Part shown: in pieces, positions 9,454 through 20,012 of the stretch | Layout of the letters: every line of letters begins with the position of its first letter | Numbering within the stretch: position 1 is the first letter of the stretch | Assembly: GCA_963826115.1 (NCBI GenBank) | Contig: CAWGVS010000006.1 | Span: forward strand, 1,024,001 to 1,088,000 | Length of the DNA: 64,000 bases | Direction of reading: 5' to 3' | Source: an uncultured Candidatus Rokubacteria bacterium | GTDB taxonomy: Bacteria > Methylomirabilota > Methylomirabilia > Rokubacteriales > DASRDR01 | Translations under genes and position numbers: made by a program | The notes under the pieces: generated by a model | Database searches by the model: none | What the model was told of the DNA's origin: nothing | The model's input: only the letters and a program-made list of their open reading frames with translations

Positions 9454-10199
9454 CGTTCGCGGGACGGGTGGGGTTGATCACGGGGGCCGGATCGGGCATC
9501 GGGCGCGCGACGGCGCGGATCCTGGCCGAGCGGGGCGGGGCTGCGGTCGTCGCCGACGTCAACCGCGCGGCGGCCGAGGAGACGGCGGCCGCGATCCGCG
9601 CGGCCGGCGGCCGCGCGGAGGCCTGCGGGTGCGACGTCACGCGCGCCGAGGACGTCGACGCGGCCGTCGCGCTGGCGCGCCGCGCGTTCGGGCGGCTGGA
9701 CCTCGTGGTGAACTGCGCGGGCATCCTGCGCGTGGCTCCTCTCGAGGACACCTCCGAGAAGGAGTGGGAGGAGGTCCTCGCCGTCAACCTGACCGGGGCG
9801 TTCCTCCTCACGAAGGCCGCGCTCCGCGCGCTCAGAGAGGGGGGCGGGGGCTCGATCGTCCACATCGCTTCGCGGGCGGCCATCCGGGCGAAGGAGGGTC
9901 ACGGCGCCTACTCGGCGTCGAAGGCGGGCATCCTCCAGCTCACCCAGATGGCCGCGGTGGAGGGGGCGCGCCACGGCATCCGCGTGAACTGCGTGTGCCC
10001 GGGCTTCATCGACACGCCCATGACGCGCGGCATGTACGACATGGATGCGACGATCGCGGCCTGGAAGGACGTCTGCCCGCTGGGGCGCGCGGGCACGCCC
10101 GAGGACGTGGCGAAGGCGATGCTGTTCCTCGCCTCGGACGACGCGGGTTTCATCACCGGCATCGCGCTGCCCGTCGACGGCGGCCGCACGGTGGTCTAG
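9450..10199 (+). CDS. short-chain dehydrogenase/reductase
   Basis: TGAGSGIG, VNCAG, YSASK; ATGA overlap with the upstream stop. Confidence 0.9.
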   Translation: MTFAGRVGLITGAGSGIGRATARILAERGGAAVVADVNRAAAEETAAAIRAAGGRAEACGCDVTRAEDVDAAVALARRAFGRLDLVVNCAGILRVAPLEDTSEKEWEEVLAVNLTGAFLLTKAALRALREGGGGSIVHIASRAAIRAKEGHGAYSASKAGILQLTQMAAVEGARHGIRVNCVCPGFIDTPMTRGMYDMDATIAAWKDVCPLGRAGTPEDVAKAMLFLASDDAGFITGIALPVDGGRTVV

Positions 10200-10211
10200 A
10201 GGGAGGAGCAG

Positions 10212-10979
10212 ATGAGCATCCGGCACCTTCCGATCGGAGAGGCTGGGCCGCCGGAGCCGCCGCGGATCGGCGTGGTCGTGCCCGCGACCGACCAGGTGAG
10301 CGAGGTGGCCTTTGCCGAGATGCTCCGCGGTCACCCGGTGTCGATGGTCGTGAGCCGGGTGGCCTTCGAGAATCCGGTGGTGATGTCGAACCTCTCCCGC
10401 ATGGTGGACGACCTCAGCCGGGCGACGGCGCTCCTCCTGCCAGGGGGCCGCATCGACGTGGTGGCCTTCTCCTGCACGTCGGGCACCGTGGCGAGCGGCG
10501 TGGACCAGGTGGCACGCGCGATCCGGGCCGCGAAACCCGGCGTCCCGTTCACGACGCCGATCACCGCGGCGGTGGCGGCCTTCCGGCGTCTCGGCGCGCG
10601 GCGGATCGCGGTCCTGACCCCGTACGTCGACGAGGTGAACGAGGCGATCCGCGGCTTCCTCGTCGCGGCGGGGCTCGACGTCGTCGAGTTCGGCAGCTTC
10701 CACCTCCGGACGGACCAGGAGATCGCCGCCGTCCCGCCGGACGCGATCGTCGCGGCGGGCCGGTCGATCACCGGGCCCGATGCCGACGCGCTCTTCATCT
10801 CCTGCACCGGGCTCCAGGGTCATGCGGCGATCGCGCAGCTCGAGGCCGCGACCGGCAAGCCCGTCGTCACGAGCAATCAGGCCCAGGTCTGGGAGGCGCT
10901 GTCGCTGCTCGACTACGGGCGGCCGGTCCACGGCTACGGGCGGCTCCTCGAGAGCCTCGCGGCGGTCCGGGCCGCATAG
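10212..10979 (+). CDS. maleate isomerase/Asp-Glu racemase superfamily protein (EutA-like)
   Basis: FSCTSG and FISCTG (two catalytic Cys), LTPY, PVVTSNQA. Confidence 0.85.
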   Translation: MSIRHLPIGEAGPPEPPRIGVVVPATDQVSEVAFAEMLRGHPVSMVVSRVAFENPVVMSNLSRMVDDLSRATALLLPGGRIDVVAFSCTSGTVASGVDQVARAIRAAKPGVPFTTPITAAVAAFRRLGARRIAVLTPYVDEVNEAIRGFLVAAGLDVVEFGSFHLRTDQEIAAVPPDAIVAAGRSITGPDADALFISCTGLQGHAAIAQLEAATGKPVVTSNQAQVWEALSLLDYGRPVHGYGRLLESLAAVRAA

Positions 10980-10995
10980 CGCGCGCGTCCTCGGC

Positions 10996-11847
10996 ATGGC
11001 CACGGTGCTCACGCCGGGTCAGATCGCGCAGTACCGGACCGACGGCTTCCTGAGCGGCATCCCCGTGTTCACGGGGGAGGAGTGCGCCCGGTTCCGGCGG
11101 GCGGCCGACCGTTTCCAGGCCGAGCATCCGGCCGACCGCGACTGGGCGTTCGACATCAAGTGCAACCTCGTGCTCGACTGGGTCTACGCGAACGCCACGC
11201 ACCCGCGCCTCCTCGACGCGGTGGCCGACCTCCTGGGCGAGGACCTGCTCCTGACCGACTCCGTGTTCCGGATCAAGGAGCCGGGATCGGGCACCCACTA
11301 CGGCTGGCACCAGGACTCGGCGCGCATCGTCGTCGAGCCCGCGCCCGCGATCGTCTACGTGGCCATCTCCGACGCGACCGTCGAGAACGGGTGCCTGGCG
11401 GTGATCCCGGGCAGCCACGACCGCGTCCAGCCGTTCGACCTCGTGGAGAACCCGGGGCAGGCGCACCGCCGCGTGGCGCGGCTGCGCGAGGTCGATCCGA
11501 GCCGCGCGTTCTACATGGAGCTCCGGGCCGGCGAGGTCGCGATCTTCAGCGCGAACGTCGTCCACGGCTCGGCGCCGAACCGGTCGGCGTCGGTCCGCTA
11601 CGCGATCCTTCACGACTACACGCCGACCGCGGGCCGTCAGTCGATCGGGCGGGGATCGGGACAGCTCGTCCGGGGACGGGACGCGTTCGGCCACTTCGCC
11701 CACGAGCCCGTGCCGTCACCCGACTTCGAGGCGAACGTCCTCGTGCGCCGGCGGATCCTGATGAAGTACCCGGAGAACATCCTGATGGGCCCGCTCGAGC
11801 CCGGCGCCACGCCCGACTTCCCGGACCGCCGCGCGATGCGGGTGTAG
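10996..11847 (+). CDS. phytanoyl-CoA dioxygenase (PhyH) family Fe(II)/2OG oxygenase
   Basis: YRTDGF, WHQD, ENGCLAVIPGSH, VHGSAPNRS...R. Confidence 0.88.
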   Translation: MATVLTPGQIAQYRTDGFLSGIPVFTGEECARFRRAADRFQAEHPADRDWAFDIKCNLVLDWVYANATHPRLLDAVADLLGEDLLLTDSVFRIKEPGSGTHYGWHQDSARIVVEPAPAIVYVAISDATVENGCLAVIPGSHDRVQPFDLVENPGQAHRRVARLREVDPSRAFYMELRAGEVAIFSANVVHGSAPNRSASVRYAILHDYTPTAGRQSIGRGSGQLVRGRDAFGHFAHEPVPSPDFEANVLVRRRILMKYPENILMGPLEPGATPDFPDRRAMRV

Positions 11848-11916
11848 CGAGCTCCAAGAAGCGGACCCTGCCTGCACCGTCACGGGACGCCGCGTGTCCG
11901 CGTGGCGACATCGAGG

Positions 11917-11956
11917 TGCACAGTCCACGGTGCACGGTGCACAGTTCACAGTGCAC
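11917..11956. repeat. degenerate 7-bp tandem repeat, about 5.7 copies
   Basis: TGCACAG TCCACGG TGCACGG TGCACAG TTCACAG TGCAC. Confidence 0.75.
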
Positions 11957-12202
11957 CCCGGCTAAGATCAGGCGTCCTAAGGACTATTCGCTCACAAGCG
12001 TGAGGAATCCGAGACCGATTGCACACTGCACTGTGCAACCGACTCGAGACATCCGCGTCGCAGCATCGACCTAAGTCTCGACCGAACTGACCCTTGTCCC
12101 GACGCGCCCGCCCGGCACCCGGCTTGCACTCGGCAGCAGACGATGCGGGCCGTTCCGCGAGCGCGTCCCGGGGCCGTCCCGGCGGTCGGAGGAGGGTAGG
12201 CG

Positions 12203-14262
12203 ATGGCCGATCGTGGCGAAGGTCTCCAGAATGTCACCTGGCCCGTGCGGTCTCCCGGCAGGCGCACTTCGCCGTCGCGCCACTGGGCGGCCGGCTGTCT
12301 CGCGCTCGCCTTGCTGCTCGCGCCGACCGCCGCCCCGGCCAAGGGGGGCGTCGCGATCAGACGCTACAAGTTCCCGTCGATCGTCGTCATCGGAAACGGG
12401 CAGGCCTACACCGACGTGAGCGGCATCGGGTACGCGTGGGAGGTGAGCCTCGAGGTCGACACGGGCACCTCCGGCCGGATCAAGGAGTGGCGCATCTGGC
12501 CCACCCTCACGATCGAGGGCGAGTCGAAGCTGGAGCTCAAGACTCACGGGCACCGCGAATGGTACCCGTCGGCGGCCGACCCCTGGCCGCGGCCCAAGCA
12601 CGTGTCGAAGGACCTCGCGCTCCTGTTCCCCGACGTGGTGATCAAGGGCTACGTCGTCACCGCGTGCAACCGGAACGCGGACCGCCTGCGGCAGGCCGGG
12701 GAATCCAACATGACGATCTTCAGCCGGGCGCACCAGCTTACGGCGACCACGGCGCCTCTGTGGTGGCTGGACCTGACGGTCGGCGGCGACACGTCCAGCG
12801 AGGCGTTCTTCCCGGTCCCGGCGGACATCGTGTGCGCGAAGTGGGCGGGGATGGTGATCCCGCCGCCGAAGGGCGGCGGCGACATCGCCGCGCCGATGGA
12901 AGTCCGCAACGCGAAGCTCGTCGTGTTCCCCAGCCAGCACAGCGGGGGCTGCCCGGTCCAGCTGAGCCTGTTCGGGAGAGTGCGAGCAACGGGTTCGGCT
13001 CGTTCGAGAGCTGGGTGGAGTCGACCGAGGGGTGGAAGTCGACGAAGACCGCGCGGAACGTCGACGTCAAGGCGAACGGTGAGTACGAGGATCAGTTCAC
13101 GGAGAAGGTCGTGATTCCCATCGTGCGGCCGGGCGGCCAGGGCGGCCACGGACCCGCGAGCGGCCAGGTCGGCGGCAGCGGCCAGGTGGCGACCCCGAAG
13201 CGTCCGATCGAGCCGGTGCCCGGCCAGGGCAAGCCCCCTGCCAGCCCGGGTGGTGGGGTGACGACCGGGACCCCGTCGAACGTCCACAGGGCGGCGGTCC
13301 GCCTCGTGGCTCATGGCGGCGGGAAGACGGTCGCGTCAGGCTGGCAGGACTACGCGGTGACGTGCGACCCGAAGGTGACCCCGGGCCTGGAGCCGCTCGA
13401 CGCGCTCGCCGCCGAGGTCCGCGTGACGCAGGCCAGTCTGGCGGTGGCGCCGCGCACGAATCCCCTCGGAAAGTGCGAGGTCGAGCTGCGAGGGAAGATC
13501 ACGACCAACGTCGCGTTCGCCGACGTCACGCTCGCGTACCGGAATCACAAGGGCGTGACGACGCCGGAGCGGGAAGTGACGACCGGCGCCAACCGGGAGG
13601 CCTCGTTCACCGACACGCTGGACTTCGGCAAGGACGCGGGGGGACTGTGGATCGAGCAGGGCGGGACGATCGGGCCGGGGAGTGGCCAGGCCGGCCCCTA
13701 CGCTGGCTCCTTCCAGATCGTCGGGCAGAGCGTCGCGTTCCAGTCGAGCCCGGCCGCCTACAGCTTCACGTGCGTGAATCCGGCTCCGGGCGGGATCGCC
13801 CAGAAGCCCAGCTCGCCCAAGACCAACTTCCCGCCCGTCGGACCGCTGGCGCAGCCGCCGCGCGATACCGGCGCCCAGAGCGGGAGCGGCAAGGCGCCGG
13901 GCAGCCCGTCGGCCGCGAAGCCGCCACAGGTCGCGGCGCTGGCCCCCGGGGTGGACTTTGCCGTCGTGACGCTGGTTCTGGCGGCGGCGGACTCGACCGG
14001 CGCGATGTTGACCGCACGGATCACCAACGTCGGCACCGCGGCCGGAGCGGGTGAGTACCGCATCGTGGTGAAGGACTCGCAAGGCCAGATCGTGTTCGAG
14101 AAGTCCGGGCGGGCGCGGCTCGATCCCGGTGAGCAGCACGGGATCAACGAGCGCATCCCGTCGCCGCCGCGTCGACGCCTGACCGCAACGCTGTCGGTCC
14201 AGGCGCCGGGCGACATCAACGCGCCCAACAACGAGAAGACGGTCAGCGCGCTCCTGCCTTGA
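12203..14262 (+). pseudogene. secreted protein with two repeated beta-rich domains and a C-terminal CARDB-like domain; frameshifted near 12980
   Basis: Signal peptide (CLALALLLAPTAAPA) in ORF 12203..13114. Protein-like sequence continues in ORF 12094..14262 from SNGFGSFESW. C-terminus LTARITNVG...GDINAPNNEKT. Confidence 0.65.
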
Positions 14263-14342
14263 CCGCGCCCGCGAGCCGGACGCGACGCTCGACTTCCCGG
14301 ACCGCCGGCCCGTGGGGACGTAGAGCCGGTGTTCGGCAAGGT

Positions 14343-14368
14343 GCCCCTCCGTCGCCAGGACGGGGGGC
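14343..14368. terminator. GC-rich hairpin between convergent genes
   Basis: GCCCCTCCGTC-gccag-GACGGGGGGC. Confidence 0.35.
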
Positions 14369-14794
14369 TCAGAGGAGGGGCTCGTTCCGGGTGATTCCGG
14401 CCAGATAGCCGCCCAGGAGTCCCAGCGGAACCGAGCCCACGAGGGAGGCGGCCGTGTACCAGCCTGGGACCGAAGTCGAGAGCGGCCAGAGCAGGATGCT
14501 GAGGACGACGCACACGGAGCCGACGATGGCTCCGTGGATCACCTCGAGCCTCCCGGAGACTCGGCCCGCGATGAAGCCGCCCAGCGTCGTGAATGCGAGA
14601 CCGAGGAGCATGCTCGGCACCAGGAACCCGGGTCTGTGCATCTGGAGCTCCAGCGCCTCCGGCGACACGCCATCCGCGTCCAGGACCGCGCCGACGATCA
14701 GGCCCACGGTCGTCATGGCCACCAGCGAGCCGACGATGTCGGTCAGCACGCCGAGCGTCACCGCCTTCAGGCTGATCCGTCGGCTGCCGGTCAT
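14369..14794 (-). CDS. small multi-pass membrane protein
   Basis: Four hydrophobic segments; GGFIAGRVS and GGYLAG motifs. Confidence 0.7.
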   Translation of the reverse strand: MTGSRRISLKAVTLGVLTDIVGSLVAMTTVGLIVGAVLDADGVSPEALELQMHRPGFLVPSMLLGLAFTTLGGFIAGRVSGRLEVIHGAIVGSVCVVLSILLWPLSTSVPGWYTAASLVGSVPLGLLGGYLAGITRNEPLL

Positions 14795-14873
14795 GGAGAG
14801 CTCCGCCGCGCGCCCGTCATTCACGACCCCGCCCTCAGCGTCTTGGTCGGACCGGAACGGGGGGACGGGACTC

Positions 14874-15869
14874 TCACTGGATCAGGCGATCCGCCCGCTG
14901 CCGTAGTGACGGCGGGATCGTCAGGCCCAGCGCCTTCGCCGTCCCGAGGTTGATCCACAACTCGTACCTTCCCGGTTGCTCGATGGGGAGATCCCCGGGT
15001 TTCGCCCCCTTGAGAATCCTGTCGACGTAGCTGGCCACCCGCCGAGACTGCTCGCTTTGATCGGCCCAGTAGGACATGAGACCGCCGGCCGCGGCGTATC
15101 CCAGCGGGCTCCCCATGAGGGGCAGCCGGTGCTTGATCGCGAGGTCCGCCAGCCGTCGTCGGTGCGTGAAGAGCATCGGATCCGCCAGCACCAGGACGGC
15201 CCCAGCGCGCTCCCGGACCACAGACTGGAGCACGGGCTCGATCGCCGCGGGCCCGCGCACCTCCAGGATCTGGAGCTGCACGCCGAGGGGACGCTGGCCG
15301 TCGCGCAGGCCCTTCACCGCGAGCGGATGCCACGGGTTATCGGGATTCCATAGCACCGCGATGCGGGAGGTCCTGGACTCGACCTCCCGCAAGAGCTCGA
15401 GCTGCTTGATGCTCAGATCGACGCTGAGCGACGTCACGCCCGTGATGTTTCCGCCGGGGCGCGCGAGGCTGGCGACGAACCCCAGCTGGACCGGGTCCGG
15501 ACTGTTTACCATGATGATGGGAATGGTGGACGTCGCCCGCCGGGCGGCGAGAACAGCGCCGGGATACGTTGCGATGATCACGTCCACCTTGAGGCGCGTC
15601 AGCTCGATGGCGAGCTCGTCCGCGCGGCCCGGCTGCCCGTCGGTATCTCGGAGTTCAAGGATCAGGTTCTGGCCTTCGACGTATCCGAGATCGCGCAGGC
15701 GGGGAAGCAGGGCCTCGCGCCATGACCCGCTGGCCGCACCCGTAACGAGACCGACCCGGAATGTCCTGGCCGGCGTCTGCGCGTCCGCCATCCACGAGCC
15801 GGCGGGCAATTCAAGAACGATACCGGCGGCGATCGAGGCAGCCGCGATGACTCACAGGATTCGCTGCAC
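14874..15869 (-). pseudogene. stand-alone ABC transporter substrate-binding protein with in-frame TGA at codon 6
   Basis: LGYVEGQNL, SLARPGGNITG, YVDRILKGAKPGDLPIEQP. AGAAGGA RBS and GTG at 15869, then TGA at 15852-15854 inside the signal peptide. The rest is open to 14874. Confidence 0.7.
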
Positions 15870-16012
15870 GGTGCCCGTCCTTCTGACGTCCGCCGCTACC
15901 GTCCCCCGCGACGGGTGACCGTCAACCACATGCCGATGCCACGGACATCGAGCATCGGCGCGTCGGCCGACGCTCGTCGACCCGGTGCCAGTCGGGGCGG
16001 CGATACGAACGC

Positions 16013-16945
16013 TCAGGAGCCGCGCTGGGACTCGAGGGTCTCCTTGTGCGCGTAGTACTTCGCCTGGGCGACGATGTCGACGCCGACCGTCTCGCTCCAC
16101 GCCTGGAGGAGGCGCTGGACCGTCGGTCCGGGCTTGCCGTCGCCGATCGGGCGGCGATCGACCTTCGTCACCGGCAGGACGCACGGGCTCGTGCTGGTGA
16201 AGAACGCCTCGTCGGCCGTGTAGAGGTCGTAGGGCTGGAGGTCCTCCTCGGAGACGGGGATGCCCAGCTCCTTGGCGAGGTCGAACACCGTGCCGCGCGA
16301 GACCCCCTGGAGGACGCTCCGGTCGCCGGCCGTCTTGATGACGCCGTCGGTGACCAGGAAGAGGTTGTAGCCCACACCCTCCGTGAGGTTGCCGCGGCTG
16401 TCGAGCAGGATCGGCCAGCCCTCGGGATCGACGTCGGAGGCCTCGAGCTCGGCCATGTTGAAGTTCATGCGGCTGAAGTTCTTCACCTTGGGGTCGAGGG
16501 CGTCGGGGTTGAAGCTCCGCGTCCGCACGACCACGCCGTGGGCGCCGGTGTCGTAGAGGTGCGCGTATCGGACGAAGCCCATCTGGCGGGTGCAGATGCC
16601 GACCGCGGGCGGGCCGGCCTTGTGGGCCCAGCGGCCGCGGCCCCGGGTGACGAACTGCCAGAGCTGGTAGTCCCCGACGTCGGCGCGCAGGTGCTCGTTC
16701 CGCGAGACCACCTCCTCGCTGATCCGCTCCAGCTCCTCCGGCGTGAGGCCCGGGTCGATGCGCACGTACCTCAGCGAGCGGTAGAGGCGGTCGACGTGCT
16801 CGCGCATCCGGAAGCTCTTGCCGTTGAACGTCCGCGCGACGTCGAACACGCAGTCGCCCACCAGGAAACCGCGATCCATGGGATCGATCTTCACCTGGCT
16901 GAACGGCATGAACTCCCCGCTGAAGTACGCCACGTAATCGGCCAT
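16013..16945 (-). CDS. class IV aminotransferase (BCAT/DAAT family)
   Basis: DRGFLVGD, HVDRL, KVK, EGVGYNLF, LQGVSR, ADEAFFTST. Confidence 0.9.
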   Translation of the reverse strand: MADYVAYFSGEFMPFSQVKIDPMDRGFLVGDCVFDVARTFNGKSFRMREHVDRLYRSLRYVRIDPGLTPEELERISEEVVSRNEHLRADVGDYQLWQFVTRGRGRWAHKAGPPAVGICTRQMGFVRYAHLYDTGAHGVVVRTRSFNPDALDPKVKNFSRMNFNMAELEASDVDPEGWPILLDSRGNLTEGVGYNLFLVTDGVIKTAGDRSVLQGVSRGTVFDLAKELGIPVSEEDLQPYDLYTADEAFFTSTSPCVLPVTKVDRRPIGDGKPGPTVQRLLQAWSETVGVDIVAQAKYYAHKETLESQRGS

Positions 16946-17121
16946 GACCCCTCCTCGCCGGCGCTTCCGGCCCGTTGCGAACGAGTGCGTGCGACGGCGC
17001 GATTGTACCCGCCTTCTGCTCCTCCGGAAAGCGTGCTAGCCTTCTGCGTCACGGGCTTCCGCGGCGGCCGACGGGTCGCGGAAGCGGGAGTGCGGCGTGC
17101 CCGTCGGCGGGAGACCTGGAG

Positions 17122-18252
17122 ATGACCGGGCGTCGGATCCGAATCGGCCTGATCGGCACGGGCCGCATCGCGGGGTTCGTCCACCTCCCGAGCCTGCGCC
17201 TTCTCCCCGACCTCTGCGAGGTAACGGCGGTCGCCTCGCGCGACGCGCAAAAGGCCAAGACGTTCGCCGAGCAGTGGGGCGTCCCCCAGGTCCACGACAC
17301 GTGGGAGGCGCTCGTCGCGGATCCCGATCTCGACGCCGTCATCGTCTGCCCGCCCAGCGACCTGAACCCGGCCGTGGCCGGCGCGGCGGTCGCGGCGGGC
17401 AAGCACGTCCTCTGCGAGAAGCCCCTCGCCATCGCCCACCCGGAGGCGCTCGCGCTCGCGGACGCGACCGACCGCGTGACCGGGCGGGTGCACATGGTGG
17501 CCTTCACGTTCCGGTTCGCCGCGGGCCTCCGCTACCTCCGGCGCCTCGTCGAGGAGGGCCACTTCGGCGAGATCCGCCACTGGCGCATGTCGTACTTCAA
17601 CGACGGTCAGCTGGACCCGTCGATCCCGTTCGCCTGGCGCCACCTGCGGGCGCGCGGAGGCTCGGGAGTCATCGCCGACATGGGCTCGCACATGATCGAC
17701 ACCGCGCGCTACCTGCTCGGCGACGTCGCGGCGGTGAGCGCCGTGAACCGGACCTACGTTCAGGAGCGCGCGATGCCGGGCGGCGGCCGCGGTCGCGTGG
17801 AGACGCCGGAGGCCTCGGCGTGGGTCGCGGAGTTCGCGTCGGGCGTCATCGGGACCTTCGACGTGAGCCGCGCGGTGGCGGGGCGCGGCGGGACCGGCCG
17901 CCCGCAGTACCAGGGCGTCGAGATCCACGGGACCGGGGGCGCCGCGCTCTACGAGCTCATGCATCCCTTCCAGCTCCAGATGGCCCTCGGCCCGGCGATG
18001 GCGCGCCGCCAGCACTGGGCGACCGTCGAGGTGCCCCCCGAGTTTTCCGTGTATCCCGGCTCGCCGCGCAACCCGCGCGTCGACGATCCGCTCCTCGGGT
18101 ACAAGTACGACCAGGGCGTCGCCTTCGTCCGCGCGATCCGCGGCGAGACGACCGACTACCCGACATTCCGGGACGGGGCCGCCGTCCAGGCCGTGGTCGA
18201 CGCCGTCGACCTCTCGGCCCGCGAGCGGCGATGGATCCAGGTCGCCCCGTGA
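17122..18252 (+). CDS. Gfo/Idh/MocA family oxidoreductase
   Basis: GLIGTG, GKHVLCEKPLA, DMGSHMID. Confidence 0.9.
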   Translation: MTGRRIRIGLIGTGRIAGFVHLPSLRLLPDLCEVTAVASRDAQKAKTFAEQWGVPQVHDTWEALVADPDLDAVIVCPPSDLNPAVAGAAVAAGKHVLCEKPLAIAHPEALALADATDRVTGRVHMVAFTFRFAAGLRYLRRLVEEGHFGEIRHWRMSYFNDGQLDPSIPFAWRHLRARGGSGVIADMGSHMIDTARYLLGDVAAVSAVNRTYVQERAMPGGGRGRVETPEASAWVAEFASGVIGTFDVSRAVAGRGGTGRPQYQGVEIHGTGGAALYELMHPFQLQMALGPAMARRQHWATVEVPPEFSVYPGSPRNPRVDDPLLGYKYDQGVAFVRAIRGETTDYPTFRDGAAVQAVVDAVDLSARERRWIQVAP

Positions 18253-18313
18253 CCCGCACGCTCGGCTCGCTGACCCCCGTCCGTTGTTCACTCCGCGCGC
18301 AGAGGAGACCCCG

Positions 18314-19924
18314 ATGATGCGCTCGATGCTCCGCAGAACGGCCGCGCTCGCGATCGTCTCGCTGATCCCGGCCGTGGCCAGCCTCGTCGTTTCCGCGCCG
18401 GCCGCCGCGGCCGGGAAGACCACCCTAGTCCTCGGCATCGACATCAGCGACACGCGGACCTTCGACCCCTCGCGGCAGTTCGAGTACTCGCCGCCCACCA
18501 CGATCCGCGCCGTCTACGAGACGCTGATCACGCTGTCGCCGGGCGAGTACGTCACCCTCAAGCCGCTTCTGGCCGAGAGCTGGAAGCTGGTCGACGGCGG
18601 CAAGGCGTGGGAGTTCAAGCTCCGCAAGGGCGTGAAGTTCGCCAGCGGCAACCCGCTCACCGCGGCCGACGTGAAGTTCTCATTCGAGCGCCTGCAGAAC
18701 CTGAAGGACCAGCCGGCCGACATGACGGAGAACCTCGGCCCCATCGAGGTGGTGGATCCGCAGACCGTCCGGATCTCGATGGCCGACAAGTCCCAGCCCC
18801 TCCTCACGCTCTTCACCTCGGTGACGTACTCCGTCTACGACTCGAAGGCGGTCATCGCGCAGGGCGGGACGAGCGGCAAGGACGCCGAGAAGGCGGACAA
18901 GGCGACGACCTGGCTCGACACGCACTCGGCGGGGACCGGGCCCTACGTGCTCACCGGCTGGACGCGCAACCAGGAGGTCATCCTGGAGCGCAACAAGGGC
19001 TACTGGCGGGCGCCCGCCGCGTTCGAGAAGGTCGTGCTGCGGCACATCGCCGACGGCGGCGCGCAGGTGCTGGCGCTCCGGCGAGGCGACGTCGACGCCG
19101 CGCTGAACCTGTCGACCGACCAGCTCGACTCCGTGGCGAAGGACGCAAACGTGAAGATCGTGTCCTCGCCGAGCCTCGATTACGTGTACATGACCATGAC
19201 CAGCAGCGCCGACGTGAACCAGGGGCTCGGCAAGAAGGCCGCCCGGCAGGCGGTGCAGGCCGCCATCGACTACGACGGGATCATCAAGGGCCTCATGGGA
19301 GGCCACGCGATCCGGCCGGCCACGTTCATCCCGATCGGGCTCGGCGGCTCCACCGAGGCGCTGACCAAGGAGATCGGCCCGAGGCAGGACCTGGCGCGGG
19401 CGAAGAAGCTCCTGGCCGACGCGGGCCTGCCGAACGGCTTCACGTTCAAGCTGTCGTACGGCAAGGCGGCGATCGGGGGCACGACCTACGACCTGATCGC
19501 CCAGAAGATCCAGTCGGATCTGGCGCGGGTCGGGATCACCGCCGAGCTCGACCCGATGGATCAGGCCACCCTCCGGACGGCGTACAAGGAGGGTAAGACC
19601 CAGTCGGCCCTGTCCTTCTGGAACCCGGACGCCATGGAGCCGTGGCTCTGGGCCCAGCCGGCAATCGGCCGCGTCTCGAAGCGTGTCCACTGGACGCCGC
19701 CGAAGGACATCGTCGACCTGGTCGCGCGGGCGGGCGGCGAGCCCGACCCCAAGAAGGCGGCCGGCCTCTATCGCGAGTTCATGAAGATGCTGATCGAGCA
19801 GGCCAACTACATCCACCTGATCCAGCCCGTCCTCCGCGTGGCGACGAGCAAGGCCATCACGAACTACAACCTCACCGCGGCCGGGTGGCAGGTCGATCTC
19901 TACGACGTGAAGCCGGCAAACTAG
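18314..19924 (+). CDS. peptide/nickel ABC transporter substrate-binding protein (family 5)
   Basis: Signal peptide, PLLAESW, FKLRKGVKF, GTGPY. Confidence 0.92.
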   Translation: MMRSMLRRTAALAIVSLIPAVASLVVSAPAAAAGKTTLVLGIDISDTRTFDPSRQFEYSPPTTIRAVYETLITLSPGEYVTLKPLLAESWKLVDGGKAWEFKLRKGVKFASGNPLTAADVKFSFERLQNLKDQPADMTENLGPIEVVDPQTVRISMADKSQPLLTLFTSVTYSVYDSKAVIAQGGTSGKDAEKADKATTWLDTHSAGTGPYVLTGWTRNQEVILERNKGYWRAPAAFEKVVLRHIADGGAQVLALRRGDVDAALNLSTDQLDSVAKDANVKIVSSPSLDYVYMTMTSSADVNQGLGKKAARQAVQAAIDYDGIIKGLMGGHAIRPATFIPIGLGGSTEALTKEIGPRQDLARAKKLLADAGLPNGFTFKLSYGKAAIGGTTYDLIAQKIQSDLARVGITAELDPMDQATLRTAYKEGKTQSALSFWNPDAMEPWLWAQPAIGRVSKRVHWTPPKDIVDLVARAGGEPDPKKAAGLYREFMKMLIEQANYIHLIQPVLRVATSKAITNYNLTAAGWQVDLYDVKPAN

Positions 19925-19968
19925 CCTGCCGGTCGGCATGAGATCCCACGGCTGCGGGGGAGGTGGTG

Positions 19969-19986
19969 GGGAGTCGCGAGACTCCC
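19969..19986 (+). terminator. intergenic hairpin with GNRA tetraloop after the SBP gene
   Basis: GGGAGTC-GCGA-GACTCCC perfect stem. Confidence 0.5.
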
Positions 19987-20012
19987 GTCCACGCGACGAC
20001 GCCGTGTAGCGG

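Noticed and set aside
15852-15854. Selenocysteine or genetic-code reassignment at the TGA
   Set aside because: It lies in a signal peptide rather than a Cys-equivalent site, and TGA is the usual stop codon throughout the window.
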